Part shown: one piece after another, positions 37,598-49,305 of the stretch | How positions within the stretch are numbered: the first letter of the stretch is position 1 | Layout: every line of letters starts with the position of its first letter | From: Leucoraja erinacea | Taxonomy: Eukaryota | Assembly: GCF_028641065.1 (NCBI RefSeq) | Contig: NW_026576141.1 | Coordinates: 62,001-125,771, forward strand | Direction of reading: 5' to 3' | DNA length: 63,771 nucleotides | Made by a program: the position numbers and the translations under genes | The notes under the pieces: generated by a model | What the model saw: the letters and a program-made list of their open reading frames with translations, nothing else | Database searches by the model: none | What the model was told of the DNA's origin: nothing

Positions 37598-37803
37598 AGA
37601 GAGACTTGGTCAATGCCCCGCTGACTGCTCCCCCCTCCGCACCGCTCCCCCCTCCCCCCCACTACCCACCTGGAACCGTGTCTGTGGCGGTGGGGTGGGT
37701 GAGTGGGGAGGGGGGCTGGGGGTTGTGATGAGTGGAGGGGGAGTAGCGCTGTGAGGCAGCAGCTCTACCCGCTGCACCGCCACCGTATTGGGTGGTCACT
37801 CAC

Positions 37804-37921
37804 CGGACATCCTCTTGAACGAGGGCTGGGGGCTGCCGCTGATGCAGAGTTTGACCGCAGTCTGCACCATCCGCATGATGATCCCTGCGGTCTCCTCGTC
37901 GTTCTCCAGCTCTCCCGCCGA
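37804..37921 (-). CDS. LAMTOR4: LAMTOR4 exon 3
   Basis: SAGELENDEETAGIIMRMVQTA...SFKRMS; canonical AG/GT. Confidence 0.9.
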
Positions 37922-37959
37922 CTGCAAACACAATACAGGCACCGAGCTGAGTCACTCCA

Positions 37960-38256
37960 GCACCGATCCATGTTCCCCACAGATGCTGCCTGACCCGCTG
38001 AGTTACTCCAGCACTCTGTGAAACGTCACCTATCCATGTTCTCCACAGATGCTGCCTGACCCGCTGAGTTATGGTGCAGCAGCATCTATGGAGCGAAGGA
38101 AATAGGCAACGTTTCGGGCTGAAACCCTTCTGGAAATAGGCAACGTTTCGGGCCGAAACCCGGAAGGGTTTCGACCCGAAACGTTACCTATTTCCTTAGC
38201 TCCATAGATGCTGCTGCACCCGCTGAGTTACTCCAGCACTCTGTGAAACGTCACCT
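37960..38256 (+). repeat. Penelope-derived 66-bp array with nested palindrome
   Basis: Same unit as 4800-5370. Confidence 0.8.
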
Positions 38257-39104
38257 GGTCTGGAATGAACAAACACTCATCATGTTTTTGTTTACAAAGC
38301 CTCTTGACATATAACATGAAGTGGTTACAGAGAAGGTGTGTGGGAATGTTGGTCTGGAACTGGACACCCATTTTATATACAAACTTCACCTCTAAACATA
38401 CTTCCTTCACCCCCTTGTTGCCTTTGAAGATGCAGCCAGTTTCCCCCTTGGCCCAGAACCCTCTAGTCCTGTCCTATCCATGTACCTGTCCAAATGTTTC
38501 TTAAACATTGTGATAGTCCCTGCCTCAACCACCTCCTCCGGCAGCTCATTCCACACACCCATCTCCCCATCAGGTTCCTATTAAATCCTCCCCCTCTCTC
38601 ACTGTAAACCCATGTCCTCTGGTCCTCGATTCCCCTCCCCTGACTGCCAGGCCACTGCCACCTCAGGGCACAGCGCCAGAGACCCGGGTTCCATCCTGAC
38701 CTCGGGTGCTGTCCATGTGGAGTTAGCACGTTCTCCCTGTGACCACATGGGTTTTCCCCGGGTGCTCCGGTTTGCTCCCACATCCCAAAGACGTGCAGGT
38801 TTGCAGATAAATTGGCTTCTATAAATTACCCCTTGTGTGTACAGGATAGAGCTAGTGTACGGGGTGATTGCTGCTTGGCACGGACTCGGTGGGCCGAATG
38901 GCCTGTTTGCGTGCTGTATCTTTAAATTCTAAGGTAAAATCTAAAGTTTGTAAAGTTTGCATTGACTTGAACTGTGGAGCAGTGCAGAGACTGCAGACAG
39001 TGCCATCCTGTGGACATGCATGGGAGTACAGACAAGGAACTGCAGATGCTGCTTTATACCAAGGAAAGACACAGAGTGCTGGAGTAACTCAGCGGATCAG
39101 GCAC

Positions 39105-39695
39105 CATCTGTGTGAAACGTCACCTATCCATGTTCTCCACAGATACTGCCTGTCCCACTGAGTTACTCCAGCACTCTGTGAAACGTCACCTATCCATGTT
39201 CTCCACAGATGCTGCCTGACCCGCTGAGTTACTCCAGCACTGTGTGAAACGTCACCTATCCATGTTCTCCACAGATGCTGCCTGACCCGCTGAGTTACTC
39301 CAGCACTCTGCGAAACGTCACATATCCATGTTCTCCACAGATGCTGCCTGACCCGCTGAGTTACTCCAGCACTCTGTGAAACGTCACCTATCCATGTTCT
39401 CCACAGATGCTGCCTGACCCGCTCAGTTATGGTGCAGCAGCATCTATGGAGCTAAGGAAATAGGCAACGTTTCGGGCCGAAACCCTTCTGGAAATAGACA
39501 ACGTTTCGGGCTGAAACCCGGAAGGGTTTCGACCCGAAACGTTACCTATTTCCTTAGCTGCATAGATGCTGCTGCACCCGCTGAGTTACTCCAGCACTCT
39601 ATGAAACGTCACCTATCCATGTTCTCCACAGAGGCTGCCTGACCCGCTGAGTTACTCCAGCACTCTGTGAAACGTCATCTATCCACGCTGAGTTA
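39105..39695 (+). repeat. Penelope-derived 66-bp array with nested palindrome
   Basis: Same unit as 4800-5370. Confidence 0.8.
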
Positions 39696-40501
39696 TAGAG
39701 CCATCGTTACCCTAGTACCACAAGCCCACGTTTGGCTCGTATTCCATTAAACATCTCCCATTCATGGACCTATCTAAATATATTTTAAATGTTGTTACAG
39801 TACATGCCTCTATTGCCTTCTCTGGCAGCTTGTCCCAAACACCCGCCACACTGTGTGAAAATGTTGCCCCTCAGGTCCCTATTAAATCTGCCCGCCCTCA
39901 CCTTAATCTCACAACCTCTGGTTCTTGATTCCCCAACTCTGAGTAAAAGACTGTGTCTTCACCCGACCTATTCTCTTCATGATTTTTTACACCTCAACAA
40001 GATCACCCCTCAGCCTCCCGCGCTCCAAGGACTAAATTCCCAGCCTGCCCCCAACCTCTCCCTGTAGCTCAGGCCCCTCGAGTCCTGGCAACATCCTCGT
40101 CAATCTTCTCTGCACCCAACAACATGGTCCCCAAAACTGACCAGTCCTCCAAGCGCAGCCCCACCAACACCTTGTACAACTCGAACATAACAGGAGATAA
40201 ACAGCTGGAGTATATCCCAACTTCTACACTCAGTAATAGACACAAAATGCCAGCGGGACTGGACAGGCAGCACCTCTGGAGAGAAGGTATAATGGGTGAG
40301 GTTTTGAGACCGCTGAATTACTCCAGCATTTTGTGTCCACGTTTGATTTAAACCAGCACCTGCCTACACATTCTACACTCAGTACCCTGCCTGATGAAGG
40401 CAAGCTTGTCAAGTCTTCACCATCCTTTCTGATCCCTTCCTGATCAGGAGGAAACACAACAAACATTCTGACTTTCGGGAATTCCAAACCCCTCTGAATC
40501 A

Positions 40502-41310
40502 ACCACAACTAGACAGTAACTACCACAACTGGACAGTAACTACCACAACTAGAGTGTAACTATCACAACTAGGGAGTAACTACCACAACTAGACAGTAAC
40601 TACCACAACTAGACAGTAACTATCACAACTAGACAGTAACTATCACAACTAGACAGTAACTACCACAACTAGACAGTAACTACCACAACTGGACAGTAAC
40701 TACCACAACTAGACAGTAACTACCACAACTAGACAGTAACTACCACAACTAGACAGTAACTACCACAACTAGACAGTAACTACCACAACTAGACAGTAAC
40801 TATCACAACTAGACAGTAACTACCACAACTAGACAGTAACTACCACAACTAGACACAACTACCACAACTAGACAGTAACTACCACAACTGGACAGTAACT
40901 ACCACAACTAGACAGTAACTACCACAACTAGACAGTAACTACCACAACTAGACAGTAACTACCACAACTAGACAGTAACTACCACAACTAGACAGTAACT
41001 ACCACAACTAGACAGTAACTACCACAACTAGACAGTAACTACCACAACTAGACAGTAACTACCACAACTAGACAGTAACTACCACAACTGGACAGTAACT
41101 ACCACAACTAGGGAGTAACTACCACAACTAGAGTGTAACTATCACAACTAGGGAGTAACTATCACAACTAGACAGTAACTATCACAACTAGACAGTAACT
41201 ATCACAACTAGACAGTAACTACCACAACTGGACAGTAACTATCACAACTAGGGAGTAACTACCACAACTGGACAGTAACTACCACAACTAGAGTGTAACT
41301 ACCACAACTA
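40502..41310. repeat. 20-bp minisatellite (ACCACAACTAGACAGTAACT)
   Basis: About 40 direct units. Confidence 0.95.
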
Positions 41311-41773
41311 TTAACGGGAAAGGAAGCTCACAAAGGGATAGGAGACTATGGCCAAGTGTAATAGGGATCGATGTGAAAGGTGAGACGCGTAAGGAATTAA
41401 AAGTATCTTTCACAACTAGACAGTAACTACCACAACTAGACGACAACTACCACATAACTACCACAACTAGATAGCAGTCGTGAACTACTACATCATTGAT
41501 TTTTGATCAGACTTTACTGGCTTTACTTTGCACTAAATGTTATTCCCTAATCATGTATCTGGACATGATTAGGGAATTGGCTCAAATGTCAACACACGTT
41601 TCGTCTTTCCGCTGACCAGTTAGCACGACAAAGTATTTCACTGTAACTCGGTACAGGTGACACCAAACCACACTGATACCACACCTCTACACCTGTGCAT
41701 CTTACATGTCTCGTCTGTGTTCCCGTGACTGGCCCAACACACGACGCAACAACATCTAGTGGGCGAAACTTAC

Positions 41774-41854
41774 GGACAACACTCCATCCTCACTGATGAC
41801 CAGGTAGCCCAGCTGGTCCGGGATTCTCTCCAAGCCTTGGGTCAACGTGGACGT
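41774..41854 (-). CDS. LAMTOR4: LAMTOR4 exon 2
   Basis: [27 protein letters not shown]; cccacag acceptor and gtaagt donor. Confidence 0.93.
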
Positions 41855-42024
41855 CTGTGGGAGGCAGAGGGACAGAAGGAGTGGGCGAAGGGGGTGGGGG
41901 ACATAGAAACATCGAACACAGGTGAAGGCGGAGGCCACTCGGCCCTTTGTGCCAATACTGCCCTCCTATATGATGATGGCTGATCATCCTCAATCAGTTC
42001 AGTTCCCCGTTCCTGCTTTCTCTC

Positions 42025-42395
42025 CCCTTGACCCATCCCCTTGACCCATCCCCTTGACCCATATCCTTGACCCATATCCTTGACCCATCCCCTTGACCCA
42101 TCCCCTTGACCCATATCCTTGACCCATCCCCTTGACCCATCCCCTTGACCCATCCCCTTGACCCATCCCCTTGACCCATACCCTTGACCCATCCCCTTGA
42201 CCCATAACCCTTGACCCATCCCCTTGACCCATCCCCTTGACCCATATCCTTGACCCATCCCCTTGACCCATCCCCTTGACCCATATCCTTGACCCATTGA
42301 CCCATATCCTTGACCCATCCCCTTGACCCATATCCTTGACCCATCCCCTTGACCCATATCCCCTTGACCCATATCCTTGACCTTTATCCTTGACC
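42025..42395. repeat. ~13-bp minisatellite (TTGACCCATCCCC) expanded inside a CR1 3' end
   Basis: Flanked on both sides by CR1 3' sequence (- strand). Confidence 0.85.
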
Positions 42396-42834
42396 TTTAG
42401 CCCCAAGAGATAAATGTAACTATCTGTTGAAAACACGCAGTGAACCGGCCCCCACTTCACCTGCACCTGGACCCTGTACCTGGACCCTGTACCTGGACTC
42501 CCTGCACCTGGACCCTGTACCTGGACTCCACACCTGGACCCTGTACCTGGACCCTGTACACTCCACACCTGTACCTGTACCTGCACCTGGACCCTGCACC
42601 TGGACCCTGTACCTGGACCCTGTACCTGGCCTCCACACCTGTACCTGTATCTGCGCCGCTTTTACCTGTCCAGGTGAGTTACCTCCTGAGTTTATGACTG
42701 GGGGGGGGGGTTGGGGTGGGTCTGACGCCGCCCGCGGGGCCTCTCCCTCCCGCAGCCGCTGCCCCCTTGTCCCGAGGCCGCGTCTCTCCCCCACCTGCGG
42801 CCACTCGGCCCGAGACCCCGCGCCTCTCACTCAC

Positions 42835-42837
42835 CAT
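42835..42837 (-). CDS. LAMTOR4: LAMTOR4 exon 1 (ATG only)
   Basis: gcggcagcagcggcgATG-like context followed by |gtgagt in a CpG island; phase 0 join to exon 2. Confidence 0.8.
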
Positions 42838-42879
42838 CGCCGCTGCTGCCCCCGCGCCTGCGCACCCGCCCCGGTCACC

Positions 42880-43145
42880 TGACCCTCCCGTCCCCGCCCC
42901 TCCCATTGGTCGCATCCCACGTCCGTCACTCGCGGCCCCGCCCCTCACCGGATGTCCCGCCTCCCACGGGCTCCTATTGGCCGCAGCCCGCCCGTGTAGT
43001 CCCGCCCCCTTGTGTTAGTCCCGCCTCCGGGTCCCTCCCATTGGTCGCATTCCACGTCCGTCACCCGCGGCCCCGCCCCTCACCGGATGTCCCGCCCCCT
43101 TGCATTAGTCCCGCCTCCGGGTCCCTCCCATTGGACGACGCCGAC
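42880..43145 (-). promoter_or_regulatory. LAMTOR4 promoter with duplicated CCAAT/GC-box modules
   Basis: ATTGG (CCAAT on -) at ~42905, 42976, 43040 and 43130, each near GCCCCGCCCC boxes. Confidence 0.7.
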
Positions 43146-43356
43146 GTCCATCATCCCCCTGGTGGACACATCCTGCACCTGCACTCCAGGCCTTTCACTG
43201 AACTGGTGATGAGATGAGACAGATTCTGGCCCTTCGGCCCCCAGGTCCAATTCTACCCCAGGCTTGTGATTTTATCGCTGTTGGAAGATTCATTTGCCTT
43301 CTGGGATAAATCAAGTTCTATCATATCGTAGATCTCACAATCCCGGGATCTCGTGA

Positions 43357-44012
43357 TAGAAACATAGACAATAGGTGCAGGAGTAGAGGCCATTCGGCCC
43401 TTCCAGCCTGCACCATTCGCCATTCAATATGATCATGGCTGATCATCCAACTCAGTATCCTGTACCTGCCTTCTCTCCGTACCCCCTGATCCCTTTAGCC
43501 ACAAGGGCCACATCTAACTCCCTCTTAAATATAGCCAATGAACTGGCCTCAACTACCCTCTGTGGCAGAGAGTTCCAGAGATTCACCACTCTCTGTGTGA
43601 AAAAAGTTCGTCTCATCTCGGTTTTAAAGGATTTCCCCCTTATCCTTAAGCTGTGACCCCTTGTCCTGGACTTCCCCAACATCGGGAACAATCTTCCTAC
43701 ATCTAGCCTGTCCAACCCCTTAAACATTTTGTAAGTTTCTATAAGATCCCCTCTCAATCTCCTAAATTCTAGAGAGTATAAACCGAGTCTATCCAGTCTT
43801 TCTTCATAAGACAGTCCTGGCATCCCAGGAATCAGTCTGGTGAACCGTCTCTGCACTCCCTCTATGGCAATAATGTCCTTCCTCAGATTAGGAGACCAAA
43901 ACTGTACGCAATACTCCAGGTGTGGTCTCACCAAGACCCTGTACAACTACAGTAGAACCTCCCTGCTCCTATACTCAAATCCTTTTGCAATGAAAGCTAA
44001 CATACCATTCGC
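43357..44012 (-). mobile_element. CR1 LINE 3' ~650 bp
   Basis: ORF 43452-43946 is almost identical to the C-terminus of the ORF2 at 5776-8892. Confidence 0.92.
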
Positions 44013-46409
44013 ATATGATCCCATGATCTAGTGATCCCATGATCTAGTGATCCCATGATCTAGTGATCCCATGATCTCATGACTCTGCGCCTGTGATCCT
44101 TTGAAGCGCCCACCACAGGATCACAGAATGAGGAAGTTCCCACCAACGGATAGTAGCTCAGTGTTGCCTCACCCGTCACGATGGCATCTCTTATCAGTCT
44201 CCACTTCCTGGACAAACTCGTTCTCATTTCATCATTTCCTTTTTCATTTCCCTTGCTTATTCTTTGACAGCATCCTCTAGTTTTGAACAAATCGCCAAAA
44301 CTGAAGTCATCTCATAGATTGACACAGCGTGGAAACAGGCCCTTCGGCCCAACTTGCCCACACCGGCCAACAATGCCTCAGCTACACTAGTCCCACCTGC
44401 CAAATCCATCCAAACCTGTCCTATCCATGTACCTGTCTAACTGTTTCTCCCGATTATTACTGCTACCAATCCTTTTACACCAGAGATGGTGGTGCAGCGG
44501 GTAGAGCTGCTGCCTCACAGCCCCAGAGTCCCGGATTCCATCCTGACTACGGGTGCTGTCTGTACGGAGTTTGCACGTTCTCCCTGTGACCTGCGTGGGT
44601 TTTCTCCAAACGCTCCAAAGGCATGCAGGTTTGTAGGTTAATTCGTAAAATTGTCCCTAGTGTGTGTAGGATAGTGTTAGTGTGCGGGGATCGCTGGTCG
44701 GTGTGGACTCGATGGGCCGAAGGGCCTGTTTCCTCGCTGTATCTATCTTTAAAAAAATTAAAAGCACTACAGAAAATCTAATTGAAGTATTTTTTTTAAT
44801 AGTGATTCAACCAGCTATTACTAAAGTAAGGTTCTACTTAAAACCAGTGACCGGACAGTTCATATACAGATTGTACCTTAATAATTTACAGGATTGGTGA
44901 GTTTTTCTTTTAAAACAAATATTCGGTGTTGATAGAACTGGAAAGGGTTTGTTTAACAAAACTGGTTGACGGAGTGCAAAATAAAGTGTCCGAATATGAC
45001 CAGGGGGGAGAGGGAGAGGGGGGAGAGGGGGAGAGGGGGGAAGGGGGAGAGGGGGAAGAGGGGGGAGAGAGAGGAGAGGGGAGAGGGGGAGAGGGGGAGG
45101 GGGGAGAGGGGGAGGGAGGGGGAAGAGGGGGGGAGAGGNNNNNNNNNNNNNNNNNNNNNNNNNNNNNNNNNNNNNNNNNNNNNNNNNNNNNNNNNNNNNN
45201 NNNNNNNNNNNNNNNNNNNNNNNNNNNNNNNNNNNNNNNNNNNNNNNNNNNNNNNNNNNNNNNNNNNNNNNNNNNNNNNNNNNNNNNNNNNNNGGGGGGA
45301 GAGGGGGGGGGGGAGGGAGGGAGAGGGAGGGAGAGAGAGAAGGGGGGGGAGAGAGGGGAGAGGGAGAGGGGAGTAGAGATAAAGAGACAAAGGCGANNNN
45401 NNNNNNNNNNNNNNNNNNNNNNNNNNNNNNNNNNNNNNNNNNNNNNNNNNNNNNNNNNNNNNNNNNNNNNNNNNNNNNNNNNNNNNNNNNNNNNNNNNNN
45501 NNNNNNNNNNNNNNNNNNNNNNNNNNNNNNNNNNNNNNNNNNNNNNNNNNNNNNNNNNNNNNNNNNNNNNNNNNNNNNNNNNNNNNNNNNNNNNNNNNNN
45601 NNNNNNNNNNNNNNNNNNNNNNNNNNNNNNNNNNNNNNNNNNNNNNNNNNNNNNNNNNNNNNNNNNNNNNNNNNNNNNNNNNGGGGGGGGAGGGGGGGGG
45701 AGAGGGAGGAGGAGAGGGAGGAGAGGGGAGAGGAGGAGAGGGGAGTGGGGAGGAGAGGGGAGGGAGAGGGGAGCGAGGGGAGGAGAGGGAGGAGAGGGAG
45801 GAGAGGAGAGGGGAGAACGGGGACAGAAAGGGAGAGGGAGGCAGAGAGAGGAGAGAGGGAGAGGGAGAGGGAGAGGGAGGGAGGGAGGAGAGAAGGAGGG
45901 AGGGGGGAAGGGGGGGGGAGGGGGAGGAGAGGGGAGAGAGGGGGGAGAGAGGGGGAGAGGGGGAGGGGGAGGGGGGGAGAGGGGGGGGAGGGGAGGAGGA
46001 GGGGTGGAGAGGGGGAGGGGGAGAGGGAGAGGAGGGGGGAGAGGGGGAGAGGGGGAGGGGGGGGGGGAGAGGGGGGGAGAGGAGGGGGGGAGAGGGGGAG
46101 GGAGGGAGGGGGGGGGGAGAGGGGAGGGGGAGGGAGAAGGGGGAGAGGGGGAGGGGAGAGAGGGGAGGAGAGGGNNNNNNNNNNNNNNNNNNNNNNNNNN
46201 NNNNNNNNNNNNNNNNNNNNNNNNNNNNNNNNNNNNNNNNNNNNNNNNNNNNNNNNNNNNNNNNNNNNNNNNNNNNNNNNNNNNNNNNNNNNNNNNNNNN
46301 NNNNNNNNNNNNNNNNNNNNNNNNNNNNNNNNNGGGGGAGGGGGAGAGAGAGAGGAGAGGGGGAGAGAGAGAGGGAGGGGGGGGGAGAGAGGGAGAGGGG
46401 GAGAGGGGA

Positions 46410-46615
46410 CTATGTGCGACGTGACAGGAGGAAGCTCCCACCAAGAACACAGGCGCAGACCAAAGCGCATGAGCCCAGCACCAGGGTGACCCCCATCAGA
46501 ATGTAAATGACGGTGGTGGTCCAGAAGGCAAAGAGGTACACCGTCTTGTCACAGTAGCTGATCGATGTCTTGTTGTTGTAATCGGGTGGGTAGATAGTGT
46601 AGATCCACACGTTCC
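46410..46615 (-). CDS. TMEM272-like protein A, last exon
   Basis: GNVWIYTIYPPDY...YCDKTVYLFAFWTTTVIYILMG, the TMEM272-family signature. Confidence 0.85.
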
Positions 46616-46809
46616 CTGAAACACACAATGCGTCAACAGAGCTCGGAAACACCGAGTCCGCCCCGACCAGCAATCCCCGCACATTGACACTATCCTACAC
46701 ACACTACGGACATTTTTACATTTACCAAAGCCAATTAACCTACAAAACCCGCACGTCTTTGGAGTGTGGGAGGAAACCGAAGATCCCGGAGAAAAGCAAA
46801 TATATTTAC

Positions 46810-47004
46810 CACAGATGAACCAGATGACGGAGAAGATAGAGACCACACTCTTGAAAATGACGTCCAATTTGCAGGCAGAATCTTCATCATTCGAAGCGCA
46901 TGATGCCATCGACAGCATCACGAAAAAGAGGGTGAAACATCCAGAGACGATGAGATAGATTGGAATGAGGTGCTGTATGGTGCAGGAGTCCAGATAGATG
47001 GTGC
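46810..47004 (-). CDS. TMEM272-like protein A, exon 3
   Basis: GTIYLDSCTIQHLIPIYLIVSG...IFSVIWFICG; phase 1-1. Confidence 0.85.
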
Positions 47005-48107
47005 CTGGTGAATGAGAGAGGTGAAGTAAGTCACAAACGTGGACAAGTCAACATTTCCCCAACCCACACCACGCATCCACGCTCTCCACAGATGCTGCCT
47101 GACTTTCAGCCTTTATTATTGTTATGTGCTATCCAGTCAGCAGAAAGACTATACATGATTATGATGAAGATAGACAGCCTTCTGCCATCTGATCTGCTGA
47201 GTTACTCCAGCAATTTGTGTCTATCTTCGGTTTTGCCATCATCTGCAATTCCTTCCTACACATACATGCTGTACATGAGCCGTCCACAGTGTACAGATAC
47301 AGGATAAAGGGAATAACGTTTAGTGCAAGGTAAAGTAAAGTCCAATAAAGATAGTCCGAGGGGTCTCCAAAACGTGGAAGATGGGAGGTAGGGACAAAAA
47401 TGCTCCAAAGAGAGAAACTCAGCAGGGGGCAGCAGCATCTATGGAGAATAGGCAATGTTGGAGAAACTCAGCGGGGGTGCAGAAAGGATCAGTATGGTAG
47501 CGAGAGGGAATAGGCATCTGATCCGCTGGAGTTGGCCATTCATCTGCAATTCTTCCTACACAGACATGCGGTACATGAGTTCAGCACAGGGAAGAAACAG
47601 ATCCAGGAATCCGGAGGTGTGTGTAGTGCAAGGTAAAGTCCACAGATGGTGAGGGGTCTCCAATGAGGATGGGAGGGTGGGACAAAAATGTTGGTGAGAG
47701 GACGGTTCAGAGACTGGTCCATCTATGGAATGAAGCTGGCCTTGCCGAAAACCCTTCTTCAGGCAGTGTGTGAGGGTAGGGACTTCTGTACCTCGGTTGC
47801 CCAGCCGGGAGAGGGGTATAAGGACATGTTGGGGGGGTGAGACTGTTGGGGGGGTGATTATGATTATGTTGCTGGCCTTGCCGAGGCAGCGTGAGGTGTA
47901 GATGGAGGCGTGTGGGACTATTGTAGCTGGGACATGTTGGTCAGTGTGGGCAAGTTGGGCTGAAGGGCCCGTTTCCCTCGATATAATGAATGGGCTGCCT
48001 GATGCTGGGTGTTTCTATCACATAAAAAAGAAAAGTTGTCACCTCATTAAACTTCCCCTAAAACAATGTTCTAATTCGTGTTAAAACAAAACCAATGAAG
48101 GTCTCAC

Positions 48108-48158
48108 CAATGGTAATGGAAGCGATGGCCAAGAGAGAGGACAGCACCTTCATGCAGC
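48108..48158 (-). CDS. TMEM272-like protein A, exon 2
   Basis: GCMKVLSSLLAIASITIG; ttttgcag acceptor and gtgag donor. Confidence 0.75.
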
Positions 48159-49229
48159 CTGCAAAAGGAATCGCAACAATGAGTTCAGAGAAACAGCATG
48201 AAACAGGCTCTTCGGCCCACTGAGCCCGCCCTGACCATCGATCACACTAGTTCCATATTATTCCCACTTCCTCATCCACTCCCTGCACACAAGGTGGCAA
48301 TTTACACAGGGCCGATTAACCTACAAACCTGCACGTCTTTGGGATACAACTAATTCATAGTTTGAAAGCAGTATTTTCTTACATATAAGAATCAAAGCTG
48401 GAAAATACAGAAGAAATGAAGGTGTACATGTACACTGCTTCCCAGCAATGTTTATGCAGTGTGACCTTTGACCTGGGCATGTGTAGTCAGAATACCGAAC
48501 TTGTTTATTCACCGGAACTTTGAATGGGAGGGAATATTATAAAAACATACACATTTCTTAAGGGATTGGACAGGCTACCTGCAGGAAAAATGTTCCTGAT
48601 GTTGGGGGGGTCCAGAACCAGGGGTCACAGTCGAAGAATAAGGGGTTGGCCATTTAGGACAGAGATGACGAAAAACGTTTTCAGCCAGAGAGATGTGAAT
48701 CTGTGGAATTCTCTGCCACAAAAGGCAGTGGAGGCCAATTGACAGGATGTATTCAAGAGAGAGTTAGATTTAGCTCTTAGGGCTATCGGAATCAAAGGAT
48801 AGCCTTTGATTCGTGATATTTATTTAGTTGTTTATCTTTATTATTTTACCGTGTATGTATCGTTAGCTTTTAGAAATGTTTGAATGCTGCACTGACTGGC
48901 TGACATTTTAAATTTCGTTGTACATGGTCCATGTTACAATGACAATAAAGAAACTATTCTATATATTCGATATGGGGAGAAAGCAGGAAACAGGTACTGA
49001 TTTTGGATGATCAGCCATGATCATATTGAATGGCGGTGCTGGAAGAAGGGCCGAATGGCCTCTTTTAGAAGTATCTGAAGTCAAACTGAATGCCTGACCC
49101 ACCGAGTTCCTCCTGCAGTTAGTTGAATGCACAAGATTCCATCGCCTGGTTCATCTACAGGTTGAATCCTGGGCCATTGCCTCTGTAACCCATTGATGCT
49201 CTAGGGCAGAGAGGTAGAGTTCCTGATAC

Positions 49230-49305
49230 CTGTGGCAGCCGGTGAGACTGTAGGTTCCTCGATGGTCTGCAGCAGTGGCGTGTAGAAACTTCTCTCCGAT
49301 TCCAT
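49230..49305 (-). CDS. TMEM272-like protein A, first coding exon
   Basis: MESERSFYTPLLQTIEEPTVSPAAT|gtatca; phase matches exon 2. Confidence 0.65.

Noticed and set aside
40502-41310. Regular 20-bp repeats resembling a CRISPR array
   Set aside because: Head-to-tail units without unique spacers, no cas genes, eukaryotic intron context.
44860-44900. LNNLQD peptide resembling the missing part of TRAPPC14 exon 8
   Set aside because: Six-residue match, 12 kb past the stop, with no surrounding similarity; treated as chance.
44834-46506. 500-aa Pro/Gly/Glu-rich ORFs
   Set aside because: Purine-rich simple repeat and N gaps.
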